A stretch of 63,997 bases of DNA, counting the filler, from Intoshia linei (taxonomy: Eukaryota; Animalia; Orthonectida), in the NCBI GenBank assembly GCA_001642005.1. It is 8 parts of 8 records of this genome, joined end to end, with 100 filler letters (N's around TTAATTAATTAA, not from the genome) between each part and the next. Parts side by side here need not be neighbours in the genome. Positions count along the whole stretch, not along the records: positions 6,170 to 22,639 come from LWCA01000864.1; positions 22,740 to 27,105 come from LWCA01001948.1; 6 more parts are not named here. One strand, written 5' to 3'. Under the pieces are notes generated by a model, which saw only the letters and a program-made list of their open reading frames with translations, was not told the origin of the DNA and made no database searches. The translations under genes and the position numbers were made by a program. Positions 12,772-25,910 of this stretch are shown here, piece after piece. Each line of letters opens with the position of its first letter. Positions within the stretch are counted from its first letter, which is position 1.

Positions 12772-15700
12772 AGAAATCAGAATAATATGAATAATCCAAA
12801 TCAAATGAGAAAAAACCACGAAAATGTTTTTATGTACAAACAACCAGAAAACACAAACTCATTCAATTTTGAAACACCAATTGGCTATCCCATAATTCCA
12901 GTATGGCAAAATTATTCATATTGCAATAATGAAAATAAAAATAAACAAGGTATTATTTTTAATTTTTTCTATGATTATTATTTTTATTATTAACATGTTC
13001 AAATAACTTGAATTGAACTTTGAGTGACCACTTTATAAAAAATTCATAATAAAAATTTAGATACAAATGGTTTATCCAATTATCCATTAAAATCTACAGA
13101 ACATAACGGTAGAAATAATTTTTTTCCAATAAATGAAAATAATTTTAACGAAAATGTACATTATGATCAATATTTTTCTGACCCAATGCTGCGATATAAT
13201 ATGCCAACAACTCAAGTATCATCTAGTTATGGATTAGACCCATTTTCAAAACATTTAAAGACTGCACCCAACACAAATCCATGTAATAACTTAAATCCGT
13301 TCTCCGAGGTAATTTTTCTTTATTACATTAAAATATTAGACACTGGGTTAACTGTAATGTACTATGTACAAACAGCACCTAGCTCTGCCGAGGGCACATT
13401 TTTATTATACTTAAAAAATAAATTTACGTTGAAAATCTAACTTAAAAATCTTATTATTCACTATTATAAATCCTTTAAAGGAGTGGTTCTCAAATTTGTT
13501 TTAGGTGGAACCAGCATATCACATTACTTTTTACTTTAAAGTGAATTATTTTATCTTAATTTTATTTGTTAACCTTTGCGTAAAGAATTTTAAAAACAAT
13601 TGTTATCCCATTTTTTTAATTTATTAGACAGAATGTGTGTATAATATTAAAAATAAAGTAAAAACAGTTCAATCCTAAAATTGTGATAAATTGCATAAAT
13701 TGCAAAAAAAATAAATTTATAAAAACCTAATTTGTCATTTTCAATATGATGAATCATTGAAACGTCTCATCTTCACCTTTATGGTCTATTTGCTTCTGAA
13801 TTTCACTTTTTTTGGGGCCATTTTATGTTGAATTTGAAACAATAATAAGTAAAAAAATAACAGGTTTATAAGTTAATATGAAAATTGAAATTTTATATTT
13901 TCGTTGCTGTAGCGTTATAATTTAAATTTTATACAAAATGTTTTGAAAATGAGAATTTGAAATTTAAAAATTGCGAGCAATGAAAAAAATTCGTAAGGAA
14001 TGAATTAAATATATTTTCACCCATATTTCTTTATTGGAAATGTGTAGACATTCTCAATGCACATTTTTATTGAAATTGTAGGATCAATATTTACATTTTC
14101 AATTTTTATTTCATTTCATTTTAAATCGAAATACAGTCAGACTTGTTGATAGTGAACCCTTTAGATAGTGAACTAATAGTGAACTTAACTGATATTACTA
14201 CAATGTTGTTTCAATAGATTATAATAATTGCTTTTTACATATTCTGTGGTTACTAATTCATTTACAAAAAAGCGATGTTAAGAATTATAATTTAACAAAT
14301 ATATGTAACTAGCAGGTCGATAAATCGTATTATTATAAGATTTCTTCACTATGATACATATTTCTTAAATACGCAATTTTTCGCGTATACACTCAAATCC
14401 ATCCTTACTACGTGTACATTAATTTTGAAAACATAACAATATTTTTAATCGATGTAATACTTATCGGTAGTACTTATTTAGATCATTTTTTTTATAGTGA
14501 ACATTAAAATAATTCGGAACCAAATGTTCACTATCCACAAATCTGACTGTATATGAAAAATATTGATTAATAATATAATAAAAATTATTCTTCATCGGGA
14601 ATGCATAGATTTCTCGGGTTGAACTTTTGTATTTATATCAACTGGAATAAGCTCTATCAAAATAATTTTTTTTTTAATTTTCGGACAGTTAATTATTTCA
14701 AATTTTTTGTTTTAATTAAATATTTCGGAAAAAAATATATGAATACTAAAATGCTTTTTTGACATGAAGTTGTCACTTATTCGGATTAAAATTTTCTGTG
14801 TGTGTTAACAGGATACAACTGTACAACCTGTAAACTTTTTGAAATTCTAGGGTTGTTTTCATTAAAAAAAGAAGAGTCATTTGTGGTTTTGGCCCTGAAG
14901 ATATAATTTTTTTAAATTCTCTAATTTGTTTATTTTCAAAAAAAATGACAATTGGGATTTTTGACCCGTAAAATGTGAGTTTGGGAGGTTGACATTTATC
15001 TTATTATCACTCGGAAAAAACTGTAATTGAAATGTGCACTTTATAAAATTTTAAGATAAATAGTTATTTAAATAAAGTTAAACACACACACAAACAAAAA
15101 TTGCGTAGCATATTATATAAGTAAGGATTTCCAATAAAAAAAGGTTCGTTTATACCTTTTTTAACAACATTGTGACACCATGGCGTTGCAAAAATCTACT
15201 AAATTATATGATTTCCAAAAAAAGTTGAACAATCATAAAAATGTACAGATACAGTGAACCCTCTACTAAGTGAACATTTGAGTGTTCATAATTTCAGAAA
15301 TAATGAACAAAAATTATAGTTACATATCAACCTGTGGCCCACTTTTCAGCCACATGGCGCACGTAGAACCTTACTGATTTAAAACATTGTTTAATACTTT
15401 AACATATTTAAATGATTTTATTTTTAATTTTAGCCTTTTTATTTAAACAAAAAAAATACGACTTTGCAATGTTTAACTTTGAATAAATCCATCAACCCAA
15501 ACGACGTATTCTGCAAAGTACCGGGAAGAATGTCATTATTAACTTCTTCATCAAAATACAAAGTTACCGTCGGTGAAATTGAGCGTAGAGTTTCCACGCC
15601 AGAGTGCTTAAACATGTCATTAATTGGTGGAATTCTAAGAAAGTATTTATAATTTCATTTTATTTTGTTATTCTATAATTATAATAATTAAATCTTAATT

Positions 15701-16253
15701 GGTGTTTAGAGCAAAATCAAAAAATGGTGGAAAATATTTAAGAATCGATTTAGAAAAGATTGGATTATCTATAGCTTCAGGTCGTCGAAAAGCAACTCAA
15801 GTGACTCTGTTTACATCTCTTGTTGAAGGTATTAAAAAAATCAATTAAAAATTACATACATATGATTATTTCAAATTTTTCTTGATGTAACCACTTTATA
15901 GGAGAAGCTATGAAACTTGCCATAGATTGGAATTATTTGAATGAAAAATCGTGTCCATATAAAACATTGGCACAACATGAATTGAAAAGTTATACAAAAT
16001 TAGAAGACAAAAACAAATTAAAAACGGAGATTGTGATTACGAGGTAAAAAAGTGTTTTTGTTTGGTTTAAATTGTATCTAGAAAACGCTTGCAAAAATGT
16101 ATGGAACTGTTTAAACAATCTAACCCTTTCACACAAAGAGGTCTTAATGACTACGATAAATTAACTCATGGTTTTGGAACTCCTGCCATATTGTCTGTTT
16201 TTTCCATGTTGGATAATTACTTTAATTATGAAATGAATGAATTATGCAAATAA
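12772..16253 (+). CDS. TFAP2: Transcription factor AP-2
   Basis: Exons at about 12772-12949, 13061-13308, 15434-15641, 15710-15828, 15902-16043 and 16082-16253. They encode [96 protein letters not shown]...[10 protein letters not shown], a clear AP-2 domain. The start codon is uncertain (ATG at 12787 or an upstream exon). Confidence 0.95.
13350..15127 (-). mobile_element. Helitron-like repeat, long copy inside a TFAP2 intron
   Basis: 5' terminus at 15127 (CATATTATATAAGTAAGGA|T on the + strand). Colinear along its length with 61490-62810 and 3155-3860. Contains a nested TA-TSD MITE. Confidence 0.8.
14134..14549. mobile_element. pogo/Tigger-type MITE nested in the Helitron-like repeat
   Basis: TA|CAGTCAGACTTGTTGATAGTGAAC ... 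GTTCACTATCCACAAATCTGACTG|TA. The empty site is visible in the sister copy near 61980-62000. Confidence 0.85.
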
Positions 16254-16828
16254 AATGTATAAATGTAAATAATACATTCATAATTCCTGATATTCTTTAC
16301 TTGTCCACTAGAATTTTATAAATTAAAATTTTATTTATTTATTGTTTATAAATTTTTACTAACAGTCTATTTATTCATAGAAAAATGAAATCCTATCTTT
16401 CTGCGATTCTAAAATTATTACATTAACCGTCTGTCAATATCTAAAAAAAATTCTGCCCGGCGCCGTTAATACGTGCAGTGCTTTATGCCTGTAATTAGAA
16501 TGTGTGCTTTATGGTAAAATATTTTAAATCAATAAAAACTCAATCAACAAATACCAAATTTGATATTATATTTCCGAGATAAAAATAATAACTTAAGGCT
16601 TAGTGAATGTTAACCATTCTTACTTAATCATAACTAAACCATTGAAGTAACTAAAAATTACCAGTAAATGTTACTGTTTAACCATTATGTTATTGAATTT
16701 TTAACAATAAAAACAATTTACAATTAACAATTTCATGAGTTAACTAAGCACTATTATTGCTAAGTTATCCATAATATATTGTACAAATTGCAAATAATTT
16801 TAACATTAATACACCATTGTACATAAAT

Positions 16829-18017
16829 ATGCAAGAAAACATGATGTTGGTAGGAAGGAAAAAAGAAATAAACAGGTAAAATTGAGATAAATAAATAAAA
16901 GTGACAAAAATGATTAATTTACATTTAAAATAATTATTAAATAAATATATTTAACTTAATTTATTTTAACTTGTAGAGGGGTAAATAGAAAAACGGAATG
17001 TTTTTATGGATCAGAAAATGTCTCCAAGAAATTTACAAAATCACTGAATCCAAATGCTGATACATACCGACCACTTAAATCGAATTATAATACCAATTAC
17101 GTTGATAAAATGCAAGATTGGTTTATTAATCCAATTAACTATAAAAATTTAAATACAAGATATGATTTACCCTTAGATGTAACTTTAAATAACTATGAAA
17201 ATTATCAATATAAAAGGAGCAAAAATGTCAACAAAATGTATGAACCTTTTATTAATAAACAAACTACAATGCACTCGGAAATTTTTGAAAATTTGAAAAT
17301 AATACATTTTCCATGCACCTTTAACTATGAATCAAAAGAATTAGGTTTTTAATGTAACATTTCCATTACTATTTGAACTAGACATAAATGATGAAAATGA
17401 TTCATACGAATTAATTTTGTTAAAATTGGAAAGACTTGCTTTAGAAGAAAAACGTATTTTAAAAGAAAAAACCATGGATGAGCTGGAAAGAACAAGGGGG
17501 CCAACAAAAAAATGGTTATTTAAAATCATTAATTAATAGAAATCAATATTCTTTTTTTTATTTATAAGTTTTTTCAAATTAAGCTGATAGAGAGGTAGCA
17601 AAAGTATTTTACTAAAACAATTTATTAAGACTTTTAAATCAGATTCTGAACAAATTTATTTCACTTTACCAACAGTGTAATTATGCAATATTAGATTTTC
17701 ATCCGTTTTTAAGCCGATAAAGTTTTGACCGATAGAATTTTTTTTATTATATTATATAGTAACACATGACAACCCTATATTTAAATTTAATAATATTAAC
17801 GTTGTTGGAATGAGTTATATGTAAAGTTTAGATAAGTTTGATAAGATATAATGTATTTATGTATCTTTTTCTAATTAAATTCAGGTATGAATTAAAAAAC
17901 AAAAACTTTTCTACAGAAATTGGAAAAAACAACTTACTTATCAAAAATTTACCTCAATTAAATGATTTATTAAAGTATAGAAAACAACTGTTAAAAAGCA
18001 AATCTTTATATATATAA
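16829..18017 (+). CDS. Hypothetical protein (4 exons)
   Basis: Phase-consistent GT-AG splicing: 16829-16875, 16977-~17344, ~17381-17514, 17885-18017. Product runs MQENMMLVGRKKEINRGVNRKTEC...LERLALEEKRILKEKTMDELERTRGPTKKWYELKNKNFSTEIGKNNLLIKNLPQLNDLLKYRKQLLKSKSLYI*. Confidence 0.7.
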
Positions 18018-18253
18018 TAAATATTTACAATCAAAACGAAGTGATCTTAGTTAAATAAATATTTTTTCGAAGGGGTTGAAAGTTGATGTCTGAAATAATC
18101 AAATGTCATTTATTACTTAAGCGGCTTTTCTTCAAAAGTTGATCATTTATCGCAAAATCATTTTAAAAAAATTTCGAATCAAAATGGTTATGTTCAAACG
18201 TTAAAAAAGTTTAAAAATTAGTAAAAACAAATCTTTAAAAGATGACTTTAAAT

Positions 18254-18694
18254 TAGAGGCACAACACAACACTCAAGCTCAAAAAAAATTTACTCAATAC
18301 TCAAGCTCAAAAAATTTTTTGCACAATACCCAAGTTCAAAAATTCAATCAAATTTATTTATTCAGATTTAAAAATAAAATATCCTCTAAGAAGTCCTTTG
18401 CCATTTTTGTTCTCTTGCAACTATCTATAGTTTTTAAAATATTGACTTATTAAATATTGAATAAAAACTTTATAAAAATATAAACTGAAGATTATTGGCA
18501 ATTTATTATTTGAAATTTTAACATGTAAAGTAAAATCAGTTTATTTCCCCACAATAGTTAAGGTCAAAAATTTTTTGCACAATGCTCAAGTTTGAAAAAA
18601 ATTTTGCACAATACTCAATAAACTCACGATTGTGCACTTTTTTGTACAATGAGCATGCTCAACACAAAACTCATTGAGTTTTGTTCCACCTCTA
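18254..18694. mobile_element. hAT-type MITE (TAG termini) with tandem subterminal repeats
   Basis: TAGAGGCACAACACAACACTCAA ... TTGAGTTTTGTTCCACCTCTA with flanks CTTTAAAT / CTTTGAAC (6/8). Internal ~28-bp unit ACTCAAGCTCAAAAATTTTTTGCACAAT is repeated at both ends. Confidence 0.75.
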
Positions 18695-18932
18695 CTTTGA
18701 ACATAATATAGTTTTTCAAACGAAACATAATTGATACAAATTGAATATGTCCTTTATTTTAAATTCAATTAAAAATAATTTCAATTTTTTTTCCTGTCTT
18801 AATTTTGAAATTTGAAACTACATCATTTAACATAAAATTTTAAAGTTTCCTTATACTAATTACATAATATAAGTTAGCTATTAGTTTTCAAATATTTACA
18901 TACTACTAAATAAACAAAATTTAATTTGATAT

Positions 18933-20808
18933 TTACAGTGATAGTGTACAATTTTGTTCAAAAGATACTGCTAATTTTTTCGCAAGTTGATCTATAAAAT
19001 ATGAATTTATGAAGTACATACTGTTACTATTTTTTTTGTTCTTTTTTTTAAGAGACTTTTGTTTATTTTTGAAAGCATTTTTTTCTTTTTTTGGGAATGT
19101 AGTGGGTAAAATGTTTGCTTTCTTAGCTTCTTTGGTATTTCGAGAAGAATATGTCCAATCGATATGATACTTTGTGTTATTTGTCTATATAAAATAAAAA
19201 TAGATAAATAATAAATATGAATACCTTTAGTGTAGTTTGAACTGTATTAGCATTTTTAACCATTTCAACGTCTAAAATATTAAACTAAACATTAAAATAA
19301 ACTTGTACCTTCAGAATTGTTGAGAAAAGGTTTTGGATCAGAAAAATTTGACAATATTTTAATTTTTCTAACATTGGATGGAGGTAAAGTATAGTATTTT
19401 ATGTTTCCACTAAAATATATAAGGTACAATATAATTGATGATACCTTTGCCAATCATGTATAACCAGATTTGCCGCTTTAGACGTACTCGGTATGCCTCC
19501 TTTCTTAAGAAATCCAGATTTGACTGCCAATAAAGCCAAGAAATGATTGGTATCTTCGTATTTAGTAATTTTATAAAATTTTGAAATCTAATAAAATTAG
19601 ATTTATATATTTATATTTAGCGTATATATAATTATACGCCTTACTTCAGATCGATCAACATGTTTCAAAATTATTTCAACAGATTCTTCAATTTCTTCAA
19701 AATTAGAAGACTAAACATAATTAATTACTTGGGCATATAAATATAAATACCAAACAATGATTGCTCATAATTAAATTTTCTCGATTTTCCATCATTCTAA
19801 TAACCCCAGGCGAATCGAGTAATTTAATGTTACGTGTCAAAACAACTTCTTGTACTTGTCTAAAATTCATAAATAAAGAAGTAAAATATATACCTGGTAA
19901 TTCCTGGTACAGAACCCGTCGAACAGACCTTCAATCTTTTTAGGCTATTTATCACACTGCTTTTTCCAGTATTTGGATAACCTGTTTATAAATATATTTT
20001 TGGTATTAATAACATTACCAACTACACCAACAATGATAGAATGCTTTGCGTCATCAGAACGTGAATAATTATTCAAAATTCCCATCAAATCGGTGTAACC
20101 AACACACATATTAGTTTTTCGGATAGTTTCACTATCCAAACCTTCTGATTTTTTTGTAATGAATCCCTATATTATATAAAATCAAAATAAGACACTTGCT
20201 TAGTTGAATTTATACGGGTATGTATAACATAAAAAAGTAATACCAAGCTCCGTTGTTGTTGAGTTGAACACTTAAACGCAATGGTGGGATTATCTTTTTT
20301 CAAATATTCAAGCCACATTTTTCGAGCATTTTCGGGTATTAAATCTATAATAATTTAAAATTTATTATATATTATCATTTACCTATTTTATTTAAAACTA
20401 TGACTAATTTTTTCCCATCTGCTATAATTCTATCTTCAATTTCTCTGTTTCGGCTGCCTAGAGGGTCTCTGGCATCAACCACATACAAAACCACATCCGC
20501 CTTGGAAACGACTTCGTTTAAGTGCTTTAAAAACAATGTATTAGATCTACCAGATGAAGAAATTCTGATATCAACGAGTTCTGGTACCTTTAAAAATATT
20601 ATAAAATTAAAATAGTAAATACTTCTTCGACAGGCTTCTTCATTTTATTTTCCATTGTAAGTTTAAAAATTCGATTTTTTTCATCAGTTATCTAAAAATA
20701 TTATTACCAAATGATTTCGCTAAACCTGCTTCTTAACATTTTTCGCCTCATTTAAAGTTTGGATTTTAAATGGACAATTATTTGGAATTCCAGGATCCTT
20801 TCGAATTC
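18933..20808 (-). CDS. GNL3L: Nucleostemin-family circularly permuted GTPase GNL3/GNL3L (first exon not found)
   Basis: Multi-exon: [118 protein letters not shown]...LVIHDWQSG. Ends [19 protein letters not shown]. Confidence 0.92.
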
Positions 20809-21481
20809 CTAATAAAACAGTTTAATATAAAAAAACACGTAATAATATAACATCCATAAAAAAACGTGTAAAAACACTAAAATGGATAATTTGAAATTTT
20901 CCTTCCGTTGTGTTTATTTATATAGCATATACTTCAAACAAATAAATATGATAGTCTGATATGCAAGTTTTAATCCAGTTTTTCCGAATAAAAGTTATAT
21001 TATTTATAAGTCCACAAAGTAGTAGTAACATTAAAATTTTAAATAAAATGCATACATATTTCGAAAAAAAATGAAAAAGTCATCAATAGTTTCAAATTAA
21101 CCAATTAAAATATTTTTGTATAATGAAAAATAAATAAATGTACATGATTAGCTTAGAAATTTTTAATATATTTTCAGTGTAATGGTTAACGTAATTAATA
21201 GAATTATGATAAAAACAGCACAGACAAATCTACGATATAACTATAATCTACGATCATTTGAACGGACATGCAAAATAAGTATTCACATTAAAAATTATGT
21301 ATCGAATTAATAAATTAGATGTAGTCTCATACATAATTTGAATCATAACATTCATTAATGGTCTGATAGTGTAATCATTGACAGTACCAATTAAATAATG
21401 GTACATAACTGGTTTTATCTGTCTAAGTAATTTTTGCATTTTTTCACCCTTATTATGTTAACATCGCATCGATTATACATA

Positions 21482-21750
21482 CAGTAAATTGCATAATAAT
21501 TTGGTTCTATTTTTGTTATAACTAAGACAAATTAAATTGCATAATGATAAATGACTAATAAATAAATTTGTCGCCACATTTGAAAACTAATTAACAATAA
21601 TAAAAATTAAAAGAAAGTCTATAAATTTGTTTAATAAAATAAATATAATTAATAAAGTGGAATCAAGAAAAACCTACGGTCAAGTGGTTGCAAAGTTTGA
21701 TAAGGTTAGATCAACTATTGTGTCTATATTCAAAAATAAGGAGATTAATA
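21482..21750 (+). mobile_element. Tigger/pogo transposase remnant, N-terminal CENP-B-type HTH
   Basis: A TA|CAGTAAA end is followed by a frame reading KRKSINLFNKINIINKVESRKTYGQVVAKFDKVRSTIVSIFKNKE. Confidence 0.65.
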
Positions 21751-22639
21751 ATAATTAAATATAATGCAAAAATAATTATAAAAATGAACCATAATCACAC
21801 CAAAATTTTCTTTATTTCAATGATACAGAAGATTTTAATCTGGCACTAGAAAAAGTGGAATCCTTGATTCAGTCATCCAGTAAACTTGATATGAATTGTA
21901 ATATAAAATGTTTAATAGATCAAGATTTTATTTCAAGGATATATTAATTGACATAATATAATAATATAAATATAAAATGTAAATATCAAATACTAACTTT
22001 AATAATCAAATATTAATGTTAAAAATTCTAATTTAATTTTAAAATTTTTCTTAAATCTATAGCCCCCATTTGGGAACTACTATATTAAATATAAACAATA
22101 TGTATAACATTATAATAAATGATTATTCAATCATCCTTGTGTAATGTCGTATTATATAGCATTTACTTGAAACATAACTAAATATGCTAGTCTTAAATGC
22201 ATCAATTTAATCATACAAAATATAATCATTGACATCATAACAGGTCTGATATTTATAATCATTCACAAATATGTTAAATGCAGCTTCATACGTAACTTTT
22301 AATCATTATCTTCATAACAGGTCTGATAGTGTAATCATTGCTACTCTACATTATAAAATCAATCGTCAATTCTATTATTCATATTAAATTTATATTGCGT
22401 ACAGTAAGCCCTGTTGTGGTATAATCGTTGGTAGCATAAAGAATTTCCAATTACAAAAATAAAAATAAAAAATAAATGCGAAAGTAATAATAAATTAAAT
22501 GTTAGTTATACTAATATAAAATATTTTTGACAATTGATATTAACATAGCTAATAACACAATATGCAAAATAATTCAATAAAAAAGAGAAAAAAAGCATAT
22601 TTATCATCACATAGTTGACGCTACCGCTTAGAACAAAAG

Positions 22640-22739
22640 NNNNNNNNNNNNNNNNNNNNNNNNNNNNNNNNNNNNNNNNNNNNTTAATTAATTAANNNNN
22701 NNNNNNNNNNNNNNNNNNNNNNNNNNNNNNNNNNNNNNN
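22640..22739. other. Artificial contig spacer
   Basis: 44N-TTAATTAATTAA-44N. Confidence 0.98.
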
Positions 22740-23268
22740 AAGCAAAAATATAATATTTGTCTAATAATTAAAAAAAAAATTATTTAATTAATTTTAAAAT
22801 CAAATTTCTTCTTATTCACACTAAGTACACAAAGTTTAATAACAATTAATTTTTTCAGAAAATACATAAACTAAAAGCACAAAAATAGCCGATTTAAATA
22901 ATTTTGTTTATTGTTTTTATGGAAAACGAACATATTAATTTATTAATTACTACACGTTAACGATTTAACCAAATATCGTGAATAATGTCGTTCTACTCCG
23001 GAGACGTCACACTTTCAACTGAAATTGTCAGACCCCATAAGTAAACCAAAAAGTTCATTTTTGTTGTCTAGTGTTATAAAATGATATACAGTAATGTTTC
23101 GATAATAATATAAAATAATGAATAGTTATAGAATTGAAAAAAAGAAGAGATTATTCTGATTAAGTTTATTCCAGATAAAAAATTTAAATAAGGTTTTGAC
23201 CGTGAATTTTTAATGTGACACATAATATTCATTAACATGCAATGACACTTCTTATATAATACAATTAG

Positions 23269-23811
23269 GATTTTCTCAACAGTAATAATATAATAAATCC
23301 AACACTTAACTTTCTGGAATTAAGAAAATGCCGACTAGAAACTGTTAAAACACCTGAACAGCTTAAATTTGTCTATATTTGCTATCTCAAATTGTTGCAA
23401 GAAGAACTATTGGTATTTGGTTTAATATCGATATATTTATGTTATTTTTAGCGTGTTAAAGAAACTATTGATGCTAGGTATTTTTTGATTTGTTATCAGA
23501 GCCATTCTGTAGAAAATAAAAAATAATAATGATAGTGCATAATTTAAATGTATCCTTTTTTTTAATTTGTGACCGAATGGCGCTCCCATCATTAATTATT
23601 ATTGCAACTATTTAGTGTGGACCGAAAAAAAACATCAGAAAATTTGGTTAAAAAAATAAAAAAAAGTTTATCTCAACATGAAAATAAAGAAAAAAACAAA
23701 CAAAAAATTTACAAATATGTAGAAAAATGTATTATACCGTCGGGTATATTGTTATTATCCATAATAACAGTTCACACCATTGGGAAATTATTAAAATGGA
23801 TGAATCAATAA
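23269..23811 (+). CDS. Non-receptor protein tyrosine phosphatase, PTP1B/TC-PTP-like, last three exons
   Basis: Exons 23269-23412, 23452-23477 and 23616-23811 encode FLELRKCRLETVKTPEQLKFVYICY (PTP1B: [22 protein letters not shown]), a basic coiled coil RKKTSENLVKKIKKSLSQHE, and a hydrophobic C-terminal anchor IIPSGILLLSIITVHTIG, as in PTPN1/2. Confidence 0.7.
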
Positions 23812-24013
23812 AATTAATTAAATGTAAATCAATTAAAATGTCGCTAATACAAAACATGAATTTACATTTATGTTATAATCGATCTTAAATATAAACATGG
23901 TCTGCGAAAAACTGTATTTGAAATTAAATATTTTTAAATAAACGGTAACGCACATCTTCGTTCAATCAAATAAGTAAAGGAAATAATGAATAATTTATGT
24001 TAAATATTTAAAA

Positions 24014-24643
24014 TCAGGTTGACTTCATAGCAGTACTAAAGGCAATTTGCTTAAATTTTTCATAATCATTTTGGCGGCATCAACATGTGGCTCTAATATA
24101 ATATTAAAAATATATTTATAAATAATGTTAATACATTAATTTAAAGGATTATCAAAGTTTCTCAACGCATGTCCCTTTAGATATTTTATTTTCTTCGTGG
24201 GTCGCTTATAAATGAAAATTTTTTAAAATTACCAAATACAAAAATATTTTAATTTTTCTGTTATTTAGACTAGTATTTCTCAAATTCTTTTGGTTGACTG
24301 CACAGTAGGGGTGTTCCAAAATTTTATAAATTAGGTCCAAATACTGATAAAGTTACGTGTGATAGTTTTATCATAATCGTAAAAAGAAAAAATTTTGAAT
24401 ATTTTTAGTGGAAAAGCTTGCAATTTTAAAAATGTTCTACTAAAACTAAAATATAACTTGATTTACTGGAATGTTACGATTATGATTACATTAATTTGAT
24501 ACCTGCTAAAAGGCTGAGAATAGAAAGTAAAATCTTTTGAATTAACTGACTAGGTGACTATCGTTCATTTTTTGATTCATAACCAGAAGGATCATCTCCT
24601 GGAGCATGTAATATCGATAGACAAATCCTGCCATCTTGGTAAA
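24014..24643 (-). pseudogene. UBE2G2: Duplicated, disabled 3' part of ubiquitin-conjugating enzyme UBE2G2/UBC7
   Basis: Exon 24643-24503 reads YQDGRICLSILHAPGDDPSGYESKNER*SPSQLIQKILLSILSLLA, with TAG at 24558-24560 replacing the conserved Trp. The last-exon copy (24092 to about 24014) has an in-frame deletion and a frameshifting deletion. Confidence 0.88.
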
Positions 24644-24782
24644 CTAAAAAGAAGTCGAAAACCTGTATTTGAAATTGAGTTTTTTTAAATAAACGGTAAC
24701 GCACATCTTCGTTCAATTTTTATCAATATAAGTAAAAAAAATTAATTTTGAATGATTTATGTTAAATGAATGTGTAAACAAA

Positions 24783-24904
24783 TTATTTATCAGGTTGATA
24801 CAGTGAATTTTTAACAGAACTACTGGCAATTTGCTTAAATTTTTCATAATCATTTCGGAACATTTTGGCTGCATCAACGTTTGCAGGACTTTCAACATTT
24901 GGTT
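24783..24904 (-). CDS. UBE2G2: UBE2G2/UBC7 intact last exon (upstream exons not seen on this contig)
   Basis: AG acceptor followed by EPNVESPANVDAAKMFRNDYEKFKQIASSSVKNSLYQPDK*. Confidence 0.8.
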
Positions 24905-24994
24905 CTAATATAATATTCAAAATATATTTATAAATAATGTTAATACATTAATTGAAAGGGTTATCAAAGTTTCTCAGCGCATGTCCCTTGAGAT

Positions 24995-25910
24995 CAGTAG
25001 TGGGCAAACTTATTGATATGCGGGCCACACAAATTTCGTGAATATACATGAAACAATTTAAAAAATTGATAAAATTCTATTTTGGCTTGTAAATTTGATT
25101 GCTTTTTTTAAATATTAAAGTGTCAAAATTCCATTTGAATAATTAAAAATTATTATTTTTGGAGTGCATTTTAATTATTAATTGTGTTTATTATTAAGTT
25201 TCAAAATTGTACGTATTTATAATTATGTCTATGCAACCAATAAAAAAAAATTTAACCAAAAATTAGCCTATTATTGATAAATAATACTTTTAATCGATTT
25301 CGTAAATTGCTAAAATTTTGGAAAAATATTTAATTTATTTCTCCTATTTACATTATTCAATTACATTTATGCATACATTTTAATTTTTGACTAAAATGCA
25401 TTCGATTTAAATGTATTTAAATTAAATTAAATTTTAAAACATTTAAAATTATTTATAATGGTGTTCACTTTAAATTTCAATTAATAATATGTAATCTTGA
25501 ACGAGGGAAAAACACAAAAACAACTGAACCAAAATGTATTTTAAAATATATAATTAACGCAGAAATTTTTTTGTTGTTCAATTTTATAATTTTTTTGTTG
25601 AACTATTGATAAAACCAACCAAAAAATTTAATTTTTATATCACTGCATTTAGTTTAATCTAATTAAAAATATACAATTATTTTATTTAAAGGAAATAAAA
25701 ATAGGAAAATTTTATCTAATGCGCAAAAATAGACGGTTAATTATCAGTGATAATTTACCACATTATCACATTCTTTAGAATCTAAATGGAATGTGACATG
25801 TTGTAAAATTATACAATGTAAAGTTTACATTGTAAACAATAAATTTCAAAATTTGAATGTAAACATAAGTATGAAGCATGATTTCGCGGGCCGTAGTTTG
25901 CCCACCACTG
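24995..25910. mobile_element. hAT/Charlie-type non-autonomous element, 916 bp
   Basis: TIRs CAGTAGTGGGCAAACT / AGTTTGCCCACCACTG and TSD CTTGAGAT / CTTTAGAT. The paralogous empty site has a single CTTTAGAT at about 24175-24182. A second copy of the right end lies at about 27460-27546. Confidence 0.92.

Noticed and set aside
13746-13799. Possible C/D snoRNA (ATGATGA...CTGA); similar candidates at about 29781-29833 (-) and 40330-40390 (-)
   Set aside because: They are short, lack a convincing terminal stem or recognisable rRNA guide, and lie in repeat-derived sequence or lack a true D box. A snoscan or Infernal search would be needed.
24558-24560. In-frame TAG at a conserved Trp as evidence of stop-codon reassignment or readthrough
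   Set aside because: It is a single TGG->TAG change in a duplicate whose next exon also has deletions. Other genes in the window use TGG for Trp and read through without internal stops.
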